Shown: positions 1 through 13,432, numbered from the stretch's first letter. The stretch is 64,000 nt of DNA from Stegostoma tigrinum (GCF_030684315.1 NC_081386.1:12285914-12349913); one strand, 5' to 3'. Program-made: numbers and translations. Notes: generated by a model from the sequence alone, not told the origin.

Positions 1-269
1 CTTATAAGGAATGGTGCCATGCAACTCACGCTGATTGTAATAACAACTCCACAGGTTAACTAATCTTGTTTGAAGGAAAGCTGACATCCTTACCTGTGAA
101 ATCACATGTTAATCACTCTTTAGAATGTGTCAACAAACTTCACAATTCAAGGACAATTAGAGATGGGCAATAATGATTGCCTTGCTGATGACATCCACTT
201 TCTATGAATGAATGAATAAAGAAGAAAATAGCAAAATGAATAATACACAAAAAATATATTCAAATACTT

Positions 270-1410
270 GTACTGTATTTTTAAAAAAGGTGCCACAAAA
301 TTTAACAACGCAAACTCGGATCACATGGGAGTAGAGCTAAATTAGTTTGGATAGAGGATTGGCTAACCAACAGAAGGCAGAGAGTCAAGATAAGTGGTCA
401 ATTTTTTGACCGGTATGACATAACTAATGGAGTGCCACAGGGTTCAATCCTTGGGTTCCAACTATTTATGATCTAAACTCATGGGGTAAGCCGGTGATGG
501 AATAGTTGTATTATCACTCGATTATTAATTAAGAGACCCAGCTAATGTTCTGAGGATCCAAGTTCAAGTCCCATCATGGCAGATGGTAGAATTTGGATTC
601 AATAAAAATCTTGAATTAAGACTCTAATGATGAGCGTAAATCTATTGTCAGAAAAAAAAGATCAGGTTCACTAATGTGAAGGAAACTGCCAATGTTATCT
701 GGTCTGGTGTATATGTGACTCCAGATCCACAGTGATTTGGTTGAGTCTTAACTCAATTAGGAATGGGCAGTAAATACTGGCTGAGCTAGTGATGCCCACA
801 TCCTGTAAATGAATAAAATAGTTGAATGCAGGGACAGAAGGTACAAGAAATAAATTTGCAGGCAACACTAAAATAGTTGGGAAAGTAAATTGCATGAAGA
901 AATGAAGCATTAACAAAATGGGTCACAATTTGGCAGATGGTGTTTAACACGGGTAAGAATGAGGTTACTTATTTTGGTCTGAAGAAGAAAAGGCAACTTA
1001 ATATCCAAACAGAGAGAAACTTCAGAGTGCTTCGGTGCAGAGTGATTTGGGTGTCCTCATGTATGAATCGCAGAAATTTAGGTTGCAGGTACGGGCAATA
1101 AAGAATGCAAAAGGAATTTTGGCATTTATTGCTGAAGAAATAGTGCATGAATATAGAAAATTGTTATTGCAACTGTAAAAGGTATTAAGGAGACCTCACC
1201 TGGTGTATTCCACAAAGTTTGGTCACTTTACTTGAGGTGGGATATAAATGCATAGGAGGCAGTTCAGAAGATGTTCACTACATTGATTCCAGGACTCAGG
1301 GGTTTATATTATGAAGAGAGATTGAGCAGTTTCAGCCCAAACTGTCTAGAGTTTCGAAGGAGAGGAGATCTAATTGAGTTATACATGACGCTAAAAGTTC
1401 TTGATAAAGT
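270..1410 (+). mobile_element. Decayed CR1 (HER1-like) LINE ORF2/RT fragment, interrupted by a SINE at ~490-820
   Basis: CR1-like stretches (ggagtgccacagggttcaatccttggg; ORF 1271-1486 IPGLRGLYYEERLS...RRRGDLIE) with many stops and frameshifts; homologous to the younger copy at 27650-28620. Confidence 0.8.
490..820 (+). mobile_element. tRNA-derived SINE with L2-type tail (family A)
   Basis: tRNA-like head (tattatcact...gttcaagtcccatcatggcagatggtagaatttg), body and ATGAAT tail shared with many copies in the window; the tail matches the L2 3' end at ~29640-29700. Confidence 0.8.
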
Positions 1411-1414
1411 AGAT

Positions 1415-1640
1415 CAGAAACAAAAACAGAAATTGTTGGAGAAACTCAGCAGGTCTGGCGGTGTCTGTGGGAAGAAACCAGATTAATGTTTTCAGTCCAG
1501 TGACTCTTCAACAGAACTGTTAATAGCTCAGAAAAGTGGCATTTATGCTGAATCCAAAATTGAGCTTGAGGAGGGGAGAGGTGAGTGGAAAGCAGATATA
1601 TCTCTCTCTGGGCTCCAACTTAACCCTTTGCCTCACCACA
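1415..1640 (-). mobile_element. Penelope-like family 2 terminal fragment
   Basis: aaacaaaaacagaaattgttggagaaactcagcaggtctggc matches the arms of 23928-24162; decayed hammerhead region at ~1485-1520. Confidence 0.65.
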
Positions 1641-1719
1641 GCCAACACAATTCCATCGCGCCCCCCCCCCCCCCCCCCCACGTCACAGTAATGATCTGGA
1701 TCTGGGCGTGCAAGAGACT

Positions 1720-2560
1720 ATTTCAAAGGTTGCAAATGATTTACAACTTGGAGGAATTGTAAACTATGGCAAGGATGATGTGGAATTCCACAAGGATATG
1801 GACAAGTTGGTTGAATGGGCAGTGAAGTGTGAGACCATGAATTTTGGAAGGAAAGAGGTTCAAGACTAAGGAGAGTGCAGGAACAGAGGGACTAACTACA
1901 TTTATGCACAGATCACTGAATGCGGCAGGACAGGTGAGAACGCAATTAATGAAGCATATTGTATTCACAACTTTATTAATAGAAGCATAGTGTACAAGAC
2001 CAAGGGGATGATGTTGAACTTCCATAAGACATTTATTAGATTTCAGCTGAAGTATTATGTGCAGCTCTTGGCATTATTGAAAGGATGTGAATGCAATGGA
2101 GAGAGTGTAGCAACAATTTATAAAAAAGGTTCCAGGATGTGAAATTTCTGTTGAGAAAGTAGATTGAGGAAGTTGGGACTGTTCTCCTTAGAGGGAAGAA
2201 GGCAATGAGGAGATTAGGTAGGGGTTTTCAAAATCATGAGGGGGCTGGATAGAGTATATATGAGGGGAAAACTGCTTCTGTTCATAAAAGGATCAAGAAT
2301 CAGTGGGTACAGATTTAAATGGATTTGCAACTGTGAGATGAGAAAGATCTTTTCTTACATGGTGAGGATTTAGGATATGCAATACACTGTCTGGAAGTGT
2401 GATGAAGGCAGTCTTTAATTGAAACATTCAATAGGGTTTTGCATGATAATTTGGAGAGAAATAATATGCAAGGGTACAAGATTGGCAGGAGGTAATGAGG
2501 CTCATTTGAAGAGGTGATCCAGACACGATGGGCTGAATAGCCATCTTCTACACAGTAAAA
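1720..2560 (+). mobile_element. Decayed CR1 LINE 3' fragment
   Basis: Degenerate homology to CR1 RT C-terminus and 3' UTR (gacacgatgggctgaatagcc). Confidence 0.7.
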
Positions 2561-2837
2561 CCTCCGTAATATGAGTGACCCTTTGAGTCTGACTGCCACC
2601 AGCAGATGTCTGAGAGTGACAAAGCCCCTGGACTTGATAATGGGCACTGCCCCTATAACTGACAGCAGCTAACCACCCTCCACCCTGCCCTCTACTCCCC
2701 ACTCCACCCCCTTGACTTGACAGAAGACTTTGAGACATGGCCATTTGGTTGACCCACATACGGTGTATTTTCCAAATAGGCTGTAGCACGTGCTGGAGGT
2801 GTGAAATTGACGAAGCACTTTACTGTACAGCAACATT

Positions 2838-3060
2838 TGAATTGAGTTAGCTTTATTATCAAATGTACTCACAAGAGTACAGTGAAAATTTTACAAGTTG
2901 CCACATATAGATCTACCCTAAGTATCAAGGTACCTAGGTACAGATTCATGAGTACAAATTGTTAGCAAAAAGAAATTTAAAAAGAAAAAAAGTCAAGCAT
3001 TATAGATCTTCAAAAGTACAAAATCATAGTAATACATTAGAAAAAAAAAATATTTAGTTC
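2838..3060 (-). mobile_element. 3' part of the ~600-bp non-coding retroposon with an (ATTGA)n-type tail
   Basis: ttgaattgagttagctttattatcaaatgtactc...tacagtgaaaattttacaagt matches 38691-38860. Confidence 0.65.
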
Positions 3061-3270
3061 ATCCCTCATCTGATAACTGCTGACAACCAGGACAAGCTGC
3101 TTCTTTGCATCTGTTTTAAACAGGAGGGCAAGATAGGAATATTGCGTGCCTTTAAAATGCAGCTGAGGGAAGGCAAGACATAGATGCAGCGAGCATTCAA
3201 ATAGGCACTAATGAACTGTGTGCTAAGACAGCAAGTGAGCAGCTCTGAAATGCAGCCTGGTCCTGTCTAT

Positions 3271-3467
3271 GATAACAAAGTGTGAAGCTGGATAAACACA
3301 GCAGGCCAAGCAGCATCTCAGGAGCACAAAAGCTGATGTTTCGGGCCTAGACCTAGGCCCGAAAAGTCAGACTTTGTGCTCCTGAGATGTTGCTTGGCCT
3401 GCTGTGTTCATCCAGCTTCACACTTTGTTATCTTGGATTCTCCAGCATCTGCAGTTCCCATTATCTC
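3271..3467. mobile_element. Fold-back Penelope family 1 mini-insertion
   Basis: Inverted arms gataacaaagtgtgaagctgga...ggcctag / ctaggccc...cactttgttatc; ~35-nt tail on the right arm only; direct repeat ctggtcctgt at 3257-3266 and 3467-3476. Confidence 0.9.
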
Positions 3468-3509
3468 TGGTCCTGTGCGTGAGCTGGGCCTTTTTAAAAA
3501 ATGAAGGCC

Positions 3510-3835
3510 TCGTGGTATTATCACTACACTGTTAATCTAGAGACCCAAATAATGCTTTAGGGACCCCAGTTCAAATCCTCCCATGGCTGATAGTAGAATT
3601 TGAATTCAATAAAAATCTGGAATTAAGTGTTCAATGATAACCATTGTCAAAAACAAAACCCACCTTGTTCATTAATGCCTTTTAGGGGAGGAAACTGCTA
3701 TCCTTAACTGATCTGGCCTACAAGTGTCTCCAGATCCACAGAAATGTGGTTGACTCTTAACTGCCGTCTGGGATGGGCGATAAATGCTGGCCCAACCAGC
3801 ACTGCCCTCATCCCATGAATGAGTTTTTAAAAAAG
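3510..3835 (+). mobile_element. tRNA-derived SINE family A
   Basis: gtggtattatcactacactgttaatctagagaccc...catcccatgaatgag. Confidence 0.85.
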
Positions 3836-4139
3836 TACTCAATAGCTCTATTGCAGCATTTCAATCAGAGGCAATCAATCCCATGTGCTGTATTAAAGTG
3901 CAGAAGTGTAGCGGATTTTAGTGAATTGGAAATATATGATGTTGGAGAGGCCGGGTACTTGATGGATACCAATGTCCATGGATATGTGGCGCATGCAGGC
4001 ACTGCAAAGGGAGTGGTCCCCTGAGACATTGATGCTAAATGCCTGAGTCTGAATTACAGAGGAGCAAACGGCGAGTTGGAATGCCAGGACCCTGCTCTAC
4101 CTTGCATATTGATAATTCTTTGCAATTAGCTTCTATCAG

Positions 4140-4612
4140 ACAGGTGGGAGAGTGGGAGTGCATGCTAGTGGCCTGGCATGGCAGCCTCTTGGCCCAGCAT
4201 GGCAATGTTTCAATGTCTCAGCGTGACAGTCTCTTGGCCGGGCATGGTGGTCTTTTGACAGTACTTGGTTGTCTCTCGGCCTGGTGTGGCCTAAGCATGG
4301 ACTTCCACTCTTGAGGTGATTCCCCTAACTGTATTCCCACCATGGCCAGGCACTTACGAAAGCCTGTAATGTTTGAACTTACAGCTTTATTTATTTACTT
4401 TCCACTTAAAACTGAGAAGTTACACATCTGCAATGTGTAACTTTTAATCTTATTTCTTATACTATAATTACTGCAATGTTTAACTTTTAATTATGTTCTT
4501 TCTTTCTACCTTATTCTTAAGATTCTGCCTAGGTACTTGCACCGAAGATGGTGCCTTGTCCATTTGTCACTGTACTCCAGTACTTGAGTAAGTGGGACAA
4601 TCAAATCAAAAT
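4140..4612 (+). mobile_element. Non-coding retroposon copy with (AATCA)n tail
   Basis: Degenerate ~20-bp internal repeats, aagatggtgcc motif and tail gacaatcaaatcaaa; homologous to 33480-34032 and 38691-39288. Confidence 0.6.
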
Positions 4613-5464
4613 AATGGAGTGCGATTAAGTAATAACGAAGGTGATAATGAGTAAAATTATGTGTCAAAAGGTGTCTCATTGCTCAGTAGCAAGAATCTCA
4701 TCTTGATATCCAGGCCATCGTCTTGCACTTTTACATGCTCGAAACAAGTTATATAAGACATAGGAGTCTGTTTTATGTTGGTAAAAGAAATTTGTACAGA
4801 CATTTCACCTCTTATATGTGAAAAGGGGATCATGGAGACAACCAACCTTGCAGCATCCCATGGCAACATTCACCATCTAATCAAAATCTCCTTTCCTTGT
4901 CTGAGAATTAAGATTGACAGTTAACTGTTCTTGCTGAATTTCCATTCCAATGAGAGCCCAAACAATCAGCACAATTAACTCATATGTATAAAAAATGTGT
5001 ATAAAATGTTGTTGCTATATAAAATGGCATCCCTTTTTCCAAGTCAGTTTCTTGCATCCTAGTTCTGCTCAGTGCATGATAAACAGCTGTGACTTCTTGT
5101 ATCCCTTTGGCAATGTTAAAGCAATAAAGGTAAAGTTGCCATTGTCTTTCAATGCTGAACTGTTTACGACCTTCATATGGCCCAGTAATTGTAGGAATGC
5201 TTACAACCAGTGTTTCCTTGTGTTCTTGATAACTTAAATCTTTGCTCAACTTTGCTGTTCAAACTTTTAAGAGTATTATTGGAAGTTACTTATCTTGAAT
5301 TGGTTTTCATTTACATCTGCTATGTTATTATCTACCTGCTGCCTTGTGTTCATAAGCCACTTGTAAAGAATTTAGAATGTTTTTCTATGTAAGGTTGCTG
5401 AACAAGATTAGGGTTGTTCACTTTCAATGTTTCTACACTTATAAAGCCATTTCTAATGAACGCA

Positions 5465-5625
5465 GAGATATAGGAACTGCCAATGCTGGAGAATCTGAAA
5501 TAATAAGGTGTAGAGCTGGTTGAACATTCAAGAAAAATCAAGGGTTCAGACCGGAAACGTCAGCTTTCCTGCTCTTCTGATGCTGCCTGGCCTGCTGTGT
5601 TCATTCAGCTCTACACCTTCTTATC
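5465..5625. mobile_element. Fold-back Penelope family 1 mini-insertion
   Basis: Tailed left arm gagatataggaactgc..., right arm ends ccttcttatc; TSD tctaatgaacgca (5452-5464) / tctaatgaataca (5626-5638), differing only at a CpG. Confidence 0.85.
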
Positions 5626-6726
5626 TCTAATGAATACAACAGTGCAACACGTGATAAGACAAAGTGAACCTTAGATTACAATGTTGTTAGGATTCCTAAA
5701 GGTACAAAGAGATTTGATTTCCTTTTGAGGGCATGCAATGAGTTGCTCCGAAGAGTGGTACAAAATAAAAGTACTAATTGCCTGGCCTTGCAAAGGTCAA
5801 ACTTTCCTTTATCATTTTGATTCTGGTCCCTAGCTACTTTGGACTATACCGATAAAAGATTCTATGGTGCAGCTGAAAAATCAAGTCCATCTTTATAGGT
5901 TTACAAATGATAGATGCTGGTGCTGACAGGCAATGTCCATTAATACGATGATAAACTTAGCAGAATGCTAATGTGGAACCTTCCTGAAGATGGCTATTGC
6001 ACTTTGCACAGAGAACACCCTGTGTAAATGGATGCGAGCCAGAATATTTTCCAGCAGATAAAATATGGAATGAGTCAGTCATGACCATGGCATCAGACAA
6101 TCAACCATATCAGAGTAAGGTCAGGCTGCCACATTTAACTGTAATACTTTGAGTATCTGCTTTCCTAGCCTTGGCCTAGTTTGCCCTTCAGTTTTGGCAG
6201 TGAGACAAGTTGTATAATGATATGGCTCTATGATTTATAGAAAGGCATGCTTTTCTTCTGATATCTTTATATACTGAGGACTAAGATTCTTTCCCTTACA
6301 TTAAAGAGCCTTTTCCTGCTTTCTGCGCTGAGTCATATTACAAACAGAAAATGCAATTAAAATGAACAAACCAGGGATGCAAGAAATTCTGAACTGGGCT
6401 GAAATTAATTATGACAATTTTTATTCCATGCACCTCCTCAAAAAGATCAATTCATTATAAGGTATAAAACTGGGTGATCCTAATTGGTTTTGATCAATGT
6501 TAATGTGTCTGCATATGTTGCAAAAAGAGAAATAGCTTCATTATGTTGACAATATTCCGACTCACCAAAGTAAAATTTATGGTCACAAATTTCTGCTTGG
6601 TTACACTGAGTGTCTTGATGCGGTTTGTTTAAACCAGTGCAAAAGATGGCAGAATTTGCACAGCACAAATTGAATTTCCCCAGTTCTTTTTGTGCTACTT
6701 TCAGAAACAGTTACTATTAATAGCTG

Positions 6727-6838
6727 ATTTATTAATATCCGTTCCAGAAGAAGGGTCTCCACCCAAAACATCAGCTTTCCTGCTCCTCTGATGCTGCTTG
6801 GCCTGCTGTGTTCATCCAGCTCTATACCGTGTTATCTC
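6727..6838 (+). mobile_element. Penelope family 1 terminal mini-insertion with decayed hammerhead
   Basis: ccagaagaagggtctccacccaaaacatcagc is a decayed CTGATGAAGGG...CCCGAAACGTCAGC; perfect 14-bp TSD actattaatagctg at 6713-6726 and 6839-6852. Confidence 0.88.
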
Positions 6839-6964
6839 ACTATTAATAGCTGGCTTAGTCCACAAAATAAAAAATGACCTCAGCTCAAATTAATTATATT
6901 TGCAGGTTTCTAACAGTACCTGTTTGCAGGCATTTAAGGAGGCTTTTTTTGTTTAAGTGGGGGA

Positions 6965-7068
6965 AGTTCTGTAGAAGGTCACTAGACTCACAATGTTAAC
7001 TCTGTTTTGTCCCCATAGATGCTGCCAGACCAGCTGATTTCCTCTCGCAATTTATGTTTCTGTCTCAG
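6965..7068 (+). mobile_element. Penelope family 2 terminal fragment
   Basis: ttctgtagaaggtcactagactcacaatgttaactctg...agatgctgccagacc matches the right arm of 23928-24162. Confidence 0.7.
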
Positions 7069-7119
7069 TGCTAAGTATTTCTTTTAGTATGGGGGTGGTG
7101 TTCGTCAACAGCACTATTT

Positions 7120-7428
7120 TCATAGAATCCCAACATTGTGGAAGCAGGCTACTCAGCCCACTGATTCCACACCACCCCTCTGAAGAGCATCCCTACTCAC
7201 ATCCACCTAGCTAACACATCATTGAATACTATGAGCAATTTAACATGGCAAATCCACCTAACTTACAAATCTTTGGGCTGTGGGAGGAAAAAACAGCACC
7301 CAAAGGAAACCCACACAAATTCAGAGAGAACATACAAGCTCCACAAACAGAGTTGTCTGAGGCTGGAATTGAACCTGGGTCCAATGGCAGTAAGAGGTAG
7401 TAGAGCTGAGCACTGAGTCACCATGCGG
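7120..7428 (-). mobile_element. HE1-like tRNA SINE
   Basis: Minus strand reads gcatggtgactcagtgctcagctctact...ccaggttcaattccagcctc...gtggagcttg..., ending in a CR1-type tail (gattctatg). Confidence 0.8.
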
Positions 7429-8009
7429 CTCAAATTCTTTGGCTTAAAAGTTTCAGAATATGTAATTTTAATAATGTCACAAAACTTATCACCATAAACT
7501 ATTGAAGCAATAAATTTGGATGGCTCTGCTCAACTTTTCAAAGATGTTTCCAATTGTTTAAAGTTGGGTTACTTATTCGTATTAGGCGAAACACTTAGAT
7601 TAAATTGCTTAGTTTATGTGATCAACTAATTTTAACTCTATTAATAAAACATTTCCTTTTAATCTATCAAGGATTTAAAAAAAAACAATTTTTAAAAATC
7701 TACAACATGCTCCCTTTGCAAATCATGCACTTGATGATGTGCAAAAAAATTTGAGAAGAAACTTGGGAAGAGAAAACAAGCCTTAAAAATATCACAGTTT
7801 TGATCAAAATGTGTTCCTAGACCATGACTTTCTTCCAAAGCACAAAGACACTGATTTAATATGCTACCTATGGAAATGTTGGTGGGAACAGATATTAGCC
7901 TTGGATGCCAGCAAAACTAAAGAAAGCACGAATACTGGTTAACCTGCTAAAATGATGATAAACTCAAACACAAAATCAAATGCCAACAAGATCTGGGACC
8001 TGGTTGTCA

Positions 8010-8375
8010 GGTCATGGAGACGTTCGGTCAGAGAGGTTCACAGTATGGAAACATGCCCTTTGCCGCACATGTCAATGCTACCCAGTTTACACAATTAATC
8101 TAGTCCCATTTGCCTGCACCTTGTCGATACCCATCCAAACCTATTCCATCCAAGTATCAATTCAAATTTTTCTTAAATGACAGAATCGTACTTGCCTCCA
8201 CCACTACCTGTAGCAGTCCATTCCAGACAGTCACCACTCTCTTGTGAAAGAACTGCCTCTGGACCCTTTTGTATCTCTCCCCTCTCATCTTAAACCTATG
8301 GCCTCAAATTTTAGACCCCCTTACCATGGAGAAAAGCTATCTACCTTAGCCACTCCTCTCATGATTTTATAGCTA
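8010..8375 (-). mobile_element. CR1 LINE 3' fragment
   Basis: acagtatggaaacatgccctt...tagtcccatttgcctgcac is the reverse complement of a CR1 3' end. Confidence 0.75.
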
Positions 8376-8613
8376 AACAGTTATTAATAAATAATCAAAC
8401 ATCAAATAGGAAATATATAAAGAGCAGATTTCCCTTTAATTGAACAGAATTAATAAGTTACCACCACATCCTGGACCACTACGTCATTTCAACTGAAAAA
8501 AGGATTTACATTAAGCTGCCCCGATGTTTATAAAGATTACTAAATAAAAATACCTTCCATATCAGAAAATGATTTAACAAAAAACCATTAACTCTTTTTC
8601 TGTTGCTTTGCAG

Positions 8614-8720
8614 CCTGAAAGAATTGAAATCAGTGCAGCAATATCTGAATGTAAAATTTCCAGTAACACTCAGCTTCAATAATCAGAGCAGTCGAAGAAG
8701 CAGACGGGAAAGGATGATAG
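8614..8720 (+). other. Candidate coding exon of an unidentified gene
   Basis: Strong acceptor ctctttttctgttgctttgcag, one open frame LKELKSVQQYLNVKFPVTLSFNNQSSRRSRRERMI, moderate donor AG|GTACTT. Protein not recognised. Confidence 0.3.
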
Positions 8721-9437
8721 GTACTTAAAATGTGGCACTCTCCTGATAACAATTTGTATCCTTGACAATGTTGCACAACTCTTTGCAGGCAGCTAACCAA
8801 TATTTTCTTGATGTGTGGAGAGGTCTATATGGTGGACATGTATCCCCAGGACTCTGTTGGGTCTGACAAGAACACATTTCACTTGCAACCTTCGACCTTT
8901 GAGAATGCATAGAACAAATTTACTGTGCTATAGTCCTTAGTAACTCACTTTAACCCATTCAGATCAATAGGAGCTAGACAAATCCCACTATAAATTATAG
9001 AAATTCCTGATTTTTTTTAAGGATCAACAGGGGTACGGTGGAATCTTGATACAATTTATAATCGCCAAAAATGAATGATCCATTGAGCATCATGCTGCAA
9101 AAGAGATATAATTAATTTAATTAGTTCTCAATTCTCTCATTCAACACACAACCTGCTGCAGTCATTAATATATTATTCAGGGTGAAACCTTATTGCGTTT
9201 ATTTTAGATGCAGATGTTTTCCATAACTACATTGGTGATTTTTATTTAAATAAAGCATTTTCTTTGTGTTTAAAATTTGTAATTTATTCATGAAATGTTA
9301 CCCTTTCGATCTACTTATTTCATTTGATTGTTTGAATTTATTCTTCAAATGAACAGCTTCACCATTAAATAAGAATTGATTTCCCTTCAGTCTTTTAACG
9401 TTAATTTATGCTAATATAGGTGATAGGACCAAAAGTT

Positions 9438-9757
9438 ATAGAATTATAGAATTGCTGCAGTGTGGAAGCAGTCCACACAGCCCCTTTGAAGAGGATCACA
9501 CACAGACCCACCCCAACCTTATCCTTGCATTTCCCATGGCTAATCCACCTAGTCCGTACACCATTGGATACTATGGGCAATTCAGCATGGCAAATCCACC
9601 CAAACCACATATCTTTGGACAGTGGGAGGAAATCGGAGCACCTGGAGGAAACCCATGAAGAATAGGCAAACTCCACACAGACAGTTGCCCAGGTTGGGAA
9701 CCACAGTTTCTGACATTGTGAGACAGCAGAGCTAACCACTGAGTCACTGTGCCACCA
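9438..9757 (-). mobile_element. HE1-like tRNA SINE
   Basis: Minus strand: ggtggcacagtgactcagtggttagctctgctgtctcaca...gtgtggagtttgc..., tail ttctataattctat. Confidence 0.85.
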
Positions 9758-10144
9758 AGTTATAATTGTTTCTTTCAAAGTTGCATTTGTATAGCATCCT
9801 TTACACCATTAAGATACTCTGTTGTGCTTTAGATCTAATGAGTGCAATTGAAAAGTAATGACTTATTTTGAATACAGAAATTACTGTTAATTTCTGCAGT
9901 GAAAGGTTCCCCCAAACAAATGTAGATAAAATGATATGTATGCTGATTTCACAGAATGACAATCGAGTTACATAAGGACAATCACTCAATGTCATAACAT
10001 CTCGTACATCCAAATGAACAGGCAAACAGGTCGGTCACCACAAAACAATTTCACCCGTAACTGTACAGCACATGTTTAGTATTATATTGAGGTGCCAGCC
10101 TGTCCTTTGTGCTCAAAACCTTGGTGTTGGGCTTAAAGCCACAA

Positions 10145-10375
10145 CTTACATAAGAACATAAGTAATAGAAGCAGGAGTAGGCCATCTGGCCCCTTGGGCT
10201 TGCTCCACCATTCAATTGGACCATAGCTGATCTTTTTCAGCTCCACTTACCTGCCCACTCACCGTAACCCTTAATACCTTCACTGTTCAAAAATCTATCT
10301 ATCTTTGCCTTAAAAACACATTCAACAAGGTAGCCTCAACTGCATCACTGGGCAAGGAATTCCACAGATTCAACT
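10145..10375 (-). mobile_element. CR1 LINE 3' end
   Basis: acataagaacataagtaatagaagcaggagtaggccat is a CR1 tail in reverse orientation. Confidence 0.8.
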
Positions 10376-12109
10376 GAAACAACTTGATATCTCAGAGATG
10401 CAAATGTTAACTGATGAACTGCACTGGCACTTTGCTCATAGAAAAGTACTAAGTACACTCAGTAGCACCTATGGGGAGCACAAAGAAGGAAATATCCTTT
10501 CATCTACAATCTTCTGCTGTTGTTGACACTGTAACTTCATCCCTTTTGGGCACAGTCATCATGAGCAGCATTTGATTGTAATAGAAGGACTGAGTCACAA
10601 GTGCTGTGAAATGCTTGTTCCACCCATAGATGACTTGCAGCAGATTTTCACCGCATTAAAGGAAATGAAATGCAATCAGCATTTAAACTAATGAATTCCA
10701 ATAAAAGTGTGCGCTATTTTCATTGAAAAGATATTTTAAATTGGGCACTGTAGATCTCAATTTTCCAGTCAAACTATTTCACCTGTTAATTCTCATGAAG
10801 TTGGAAATCCTTGAAATGTGTTTAGATCAATTTGTACTGCAGCGCTCCAATTTTCTATTACAACTTCTTGTGGAACCATTGTAGTGAGTAAAGAAGTACA
10901 ATTTTATTAATAATTCCTTTGACATGGAAGGTCAAGGATAAATTGTGAAGAACTATCGAATACTTAAGTCTCTTATATTCCAATGAACATTTAAAATGGA
11001 CACATAATTATTCTTAGTTCAGTCCTGTCAGAAGATGTAAAATGGATTTAAATATATCAGTTAATTTCAAAATGATATATACTTATATCTAATATATTTT
11101 ATGCCTTTGCACGTTAAGGAATTATTTCTAAAAAAAATTGCACAAACAACGCTTGTTTTTTAAAAAGTTGTTATTTTTATACTGCAGTTTAAATATTAAA
11201 ATGTTATTTGAAAACTATTTTTCAGTAAATAAATAGCGTTCTCCAACAAAAAATGCTGGAGAATTTTTCAGCACTTAAGTTTGCCATTATAATGAATGCG
11301 TCCCTCATGGAATCAGCAATCTTCCATTGGGTTGAAGAATTAATACTACTCTATTCACATCAGGCATCAAGATCCAGTTTATTTCACTAGGATAGCACTA
11401 GCTACTATTTTCACTTGAAATCTTTTCACTTTAAATAGTAAGGACAATTAAATTCAGTTATATGTGTGAGCAATTCTATTACCGATATTCTGACAGCTGG
11501 TATATCAATCTCCATATTTTCTCCAATTAGTAACACCGTGATGACTTAAGAATAGTCCCTAAAAAAGGAAACATTAGCCACTCATAAGAATGGATATTTT
11601 TCACAGATGCAAGTCCCTAAGTGTACACAATGGTTTGAATAAATTCTTTTGCTGATAAAACCATTCATAAAAGATATTTGGACCAGTACTTCAACATAAC
11701 GTTACTACATTTTTTCTGTAAGTCTTTTCCCATACCGAAAATATTACATATTCAATGTACTTTACATGGATAAATAATTCAATATGGGCAATAATGCATA
11801 TTTGTACTTCTAATCAGCTATTTCTTCACTAAGGATAACTTCCCACTGCCTGGCAGTATTAAATTAATCAGCTGTCTGTATTCACTCAGACTACCATTAA
11901 CCATGTCCAAATCCGATCAACCGGCTTAATTTAAAATGGAAACCATGTTACCAAAAGCTCCAAGAAAATTCACACTTTCCCACCTCTGTCAATAGTGCAA
12001 TACCTAATCCAGCATGCACTTCAAATCCTCAGAATAAAGATACTTCAAATTGATTAAACATTGATGAACAAAAACAAACAACAACCTGATTAGTTAGCTC
12101 ACTTTTCAC

Positions 12110-12510
12110 TTTTTGTTATCTATTCCTGGAATGTGAGTATTGCTTGCAAAACCAGCACTTATTACTTGCTATTTTATCTTGAAAGGTGGTGGTGAGCTGC
12201 CTTCTTGAACTTCTGTAGTCCATTTAGGGTAGAAATAATCCTGATAGAAGGGAGTTCCAGATCTTTGACTTTGTGCCAGTGAAAGAATGGGGCTTCTTAT
12301 TCCAAGTTCAAAGTCAGGATCCAATGCCACCTTGTACTTCTAGGTTATAGTAGCCATGGATTTGGAAGGTGCTTTCAAATATCCTTGCTAAGGTACTGCA
12401 GTCTATATTCTAAATGGCACATACATCTGCCATTGTGCACTGGTGCTGGAGGGAGTGAATATTTAGAGTGTGGATGAGTTGGCAATCAAATGGGCTGTTT
12501 TGGCCTGTCA
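12110..12510 (-). mobile_element. L2 LINE 3' fragment
   Basis: ttgaaaggtggtggtgagctgccttcttgaac...ggatttggaaggtgct is the reverse complement of the L2 at 29280-29700. Confidence 0.75.
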
Positions 12511-13229
12511 GAAATCATACTATTATACTATTTATTTCTTATAAAAGGCACATTTTGAAAACTAGAACTAGTTTTATGCTTTCCAAAGTTCATAACTATT
12601 GCTATAAATCTTTATTATAATATTGCATTTGTTAAGGTCAAATGTGCCCATTCTATTAAAAGTTCACACATTTTAAAAATGTATTTTTTTAAAAGATTGT
12701 ACATAATATTTTAGTTTCTAATTGGCATGAAGCACTCATTTACATCAGCCATCTATAAAATGAAAAAGAAAATAAAAGTGGAGTAACTCAGTGGATTTCA
12801 GTTCTATGCTCACTGACTGTGAGAATACATCAGCAGGATTAACAGTTTACCCTGCTTTCTGACATCACTGTTGCTGGATACCTATAGATCTCCTTGGTCA
12901 AGCACTGATTCAAACTGATATTGAGAAAGGAGCAATTCATGGCATAGGGATTTCTTAGATCCTTGTGAGCATCTTTCTTCAAGGTCAGGGTTGAGCATCA
13001 TTTGTTTTCCTGCCAATCTCAAAAACGCAACAGTATTCAAGTAGGATTAGACTTCCCCAAGCCATCAGACTTTAATGTAATTGTATTTAAAACTTATGCT
13101 GTACTTATACTGTAGTGAATGCTGGGCGTGTTTTAAAGATGTGTGTGTACTGGAAGCTTTCTGTTATGCTATCTCGCCTACATCACGCTGAACTTAGGAG
13201 AAAGCTGTGACTTGTGTGTGCATACTCAC

Positions 13230-13432
13230 NNNNNNNNNNNNNNNNNNNNNNNNNNNNNNNNNNNNNNNNNNNNNNNNNNNNNNNNNNNNNNNNNNNNNNN
13301 NNNNNNNNNNNNNNNNNNNNNNNNNNNNNNNNNNNNNNNNNNNNNNNNNNNNNNNNNNNNNNNNNNNNNNNNNNNNNNNNNNNNNNNNNNNNNNNNNNNN
13401 NNNNNNNNNNNNNNNNNNNNNNNNNNNNNNNN
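13230..13432. other. Assembly gap
   Basis: Run of N. Confidence 1.

Noticed and set aside
1661-1679. Poly-C tract (and poly-G at 47713-47736)
   Set aside because: Simple homopolymers with uncertain length; G-quadruplex potential alone is not informative.
3271-3467. Hairpins as miRNA precursors or DNA-transposon MITEs
   Set aside because: Arms match Penelope termini and TSDs are long and variable, which fits retrotransposition; no miRNA evidence from sequence alone.
11607-11717. Acceptor tttttcacag and donor gtaagt pair
   Set aside because: All three frames contain stops; no support for a coding exon, though a non-coding exon is not excluded.
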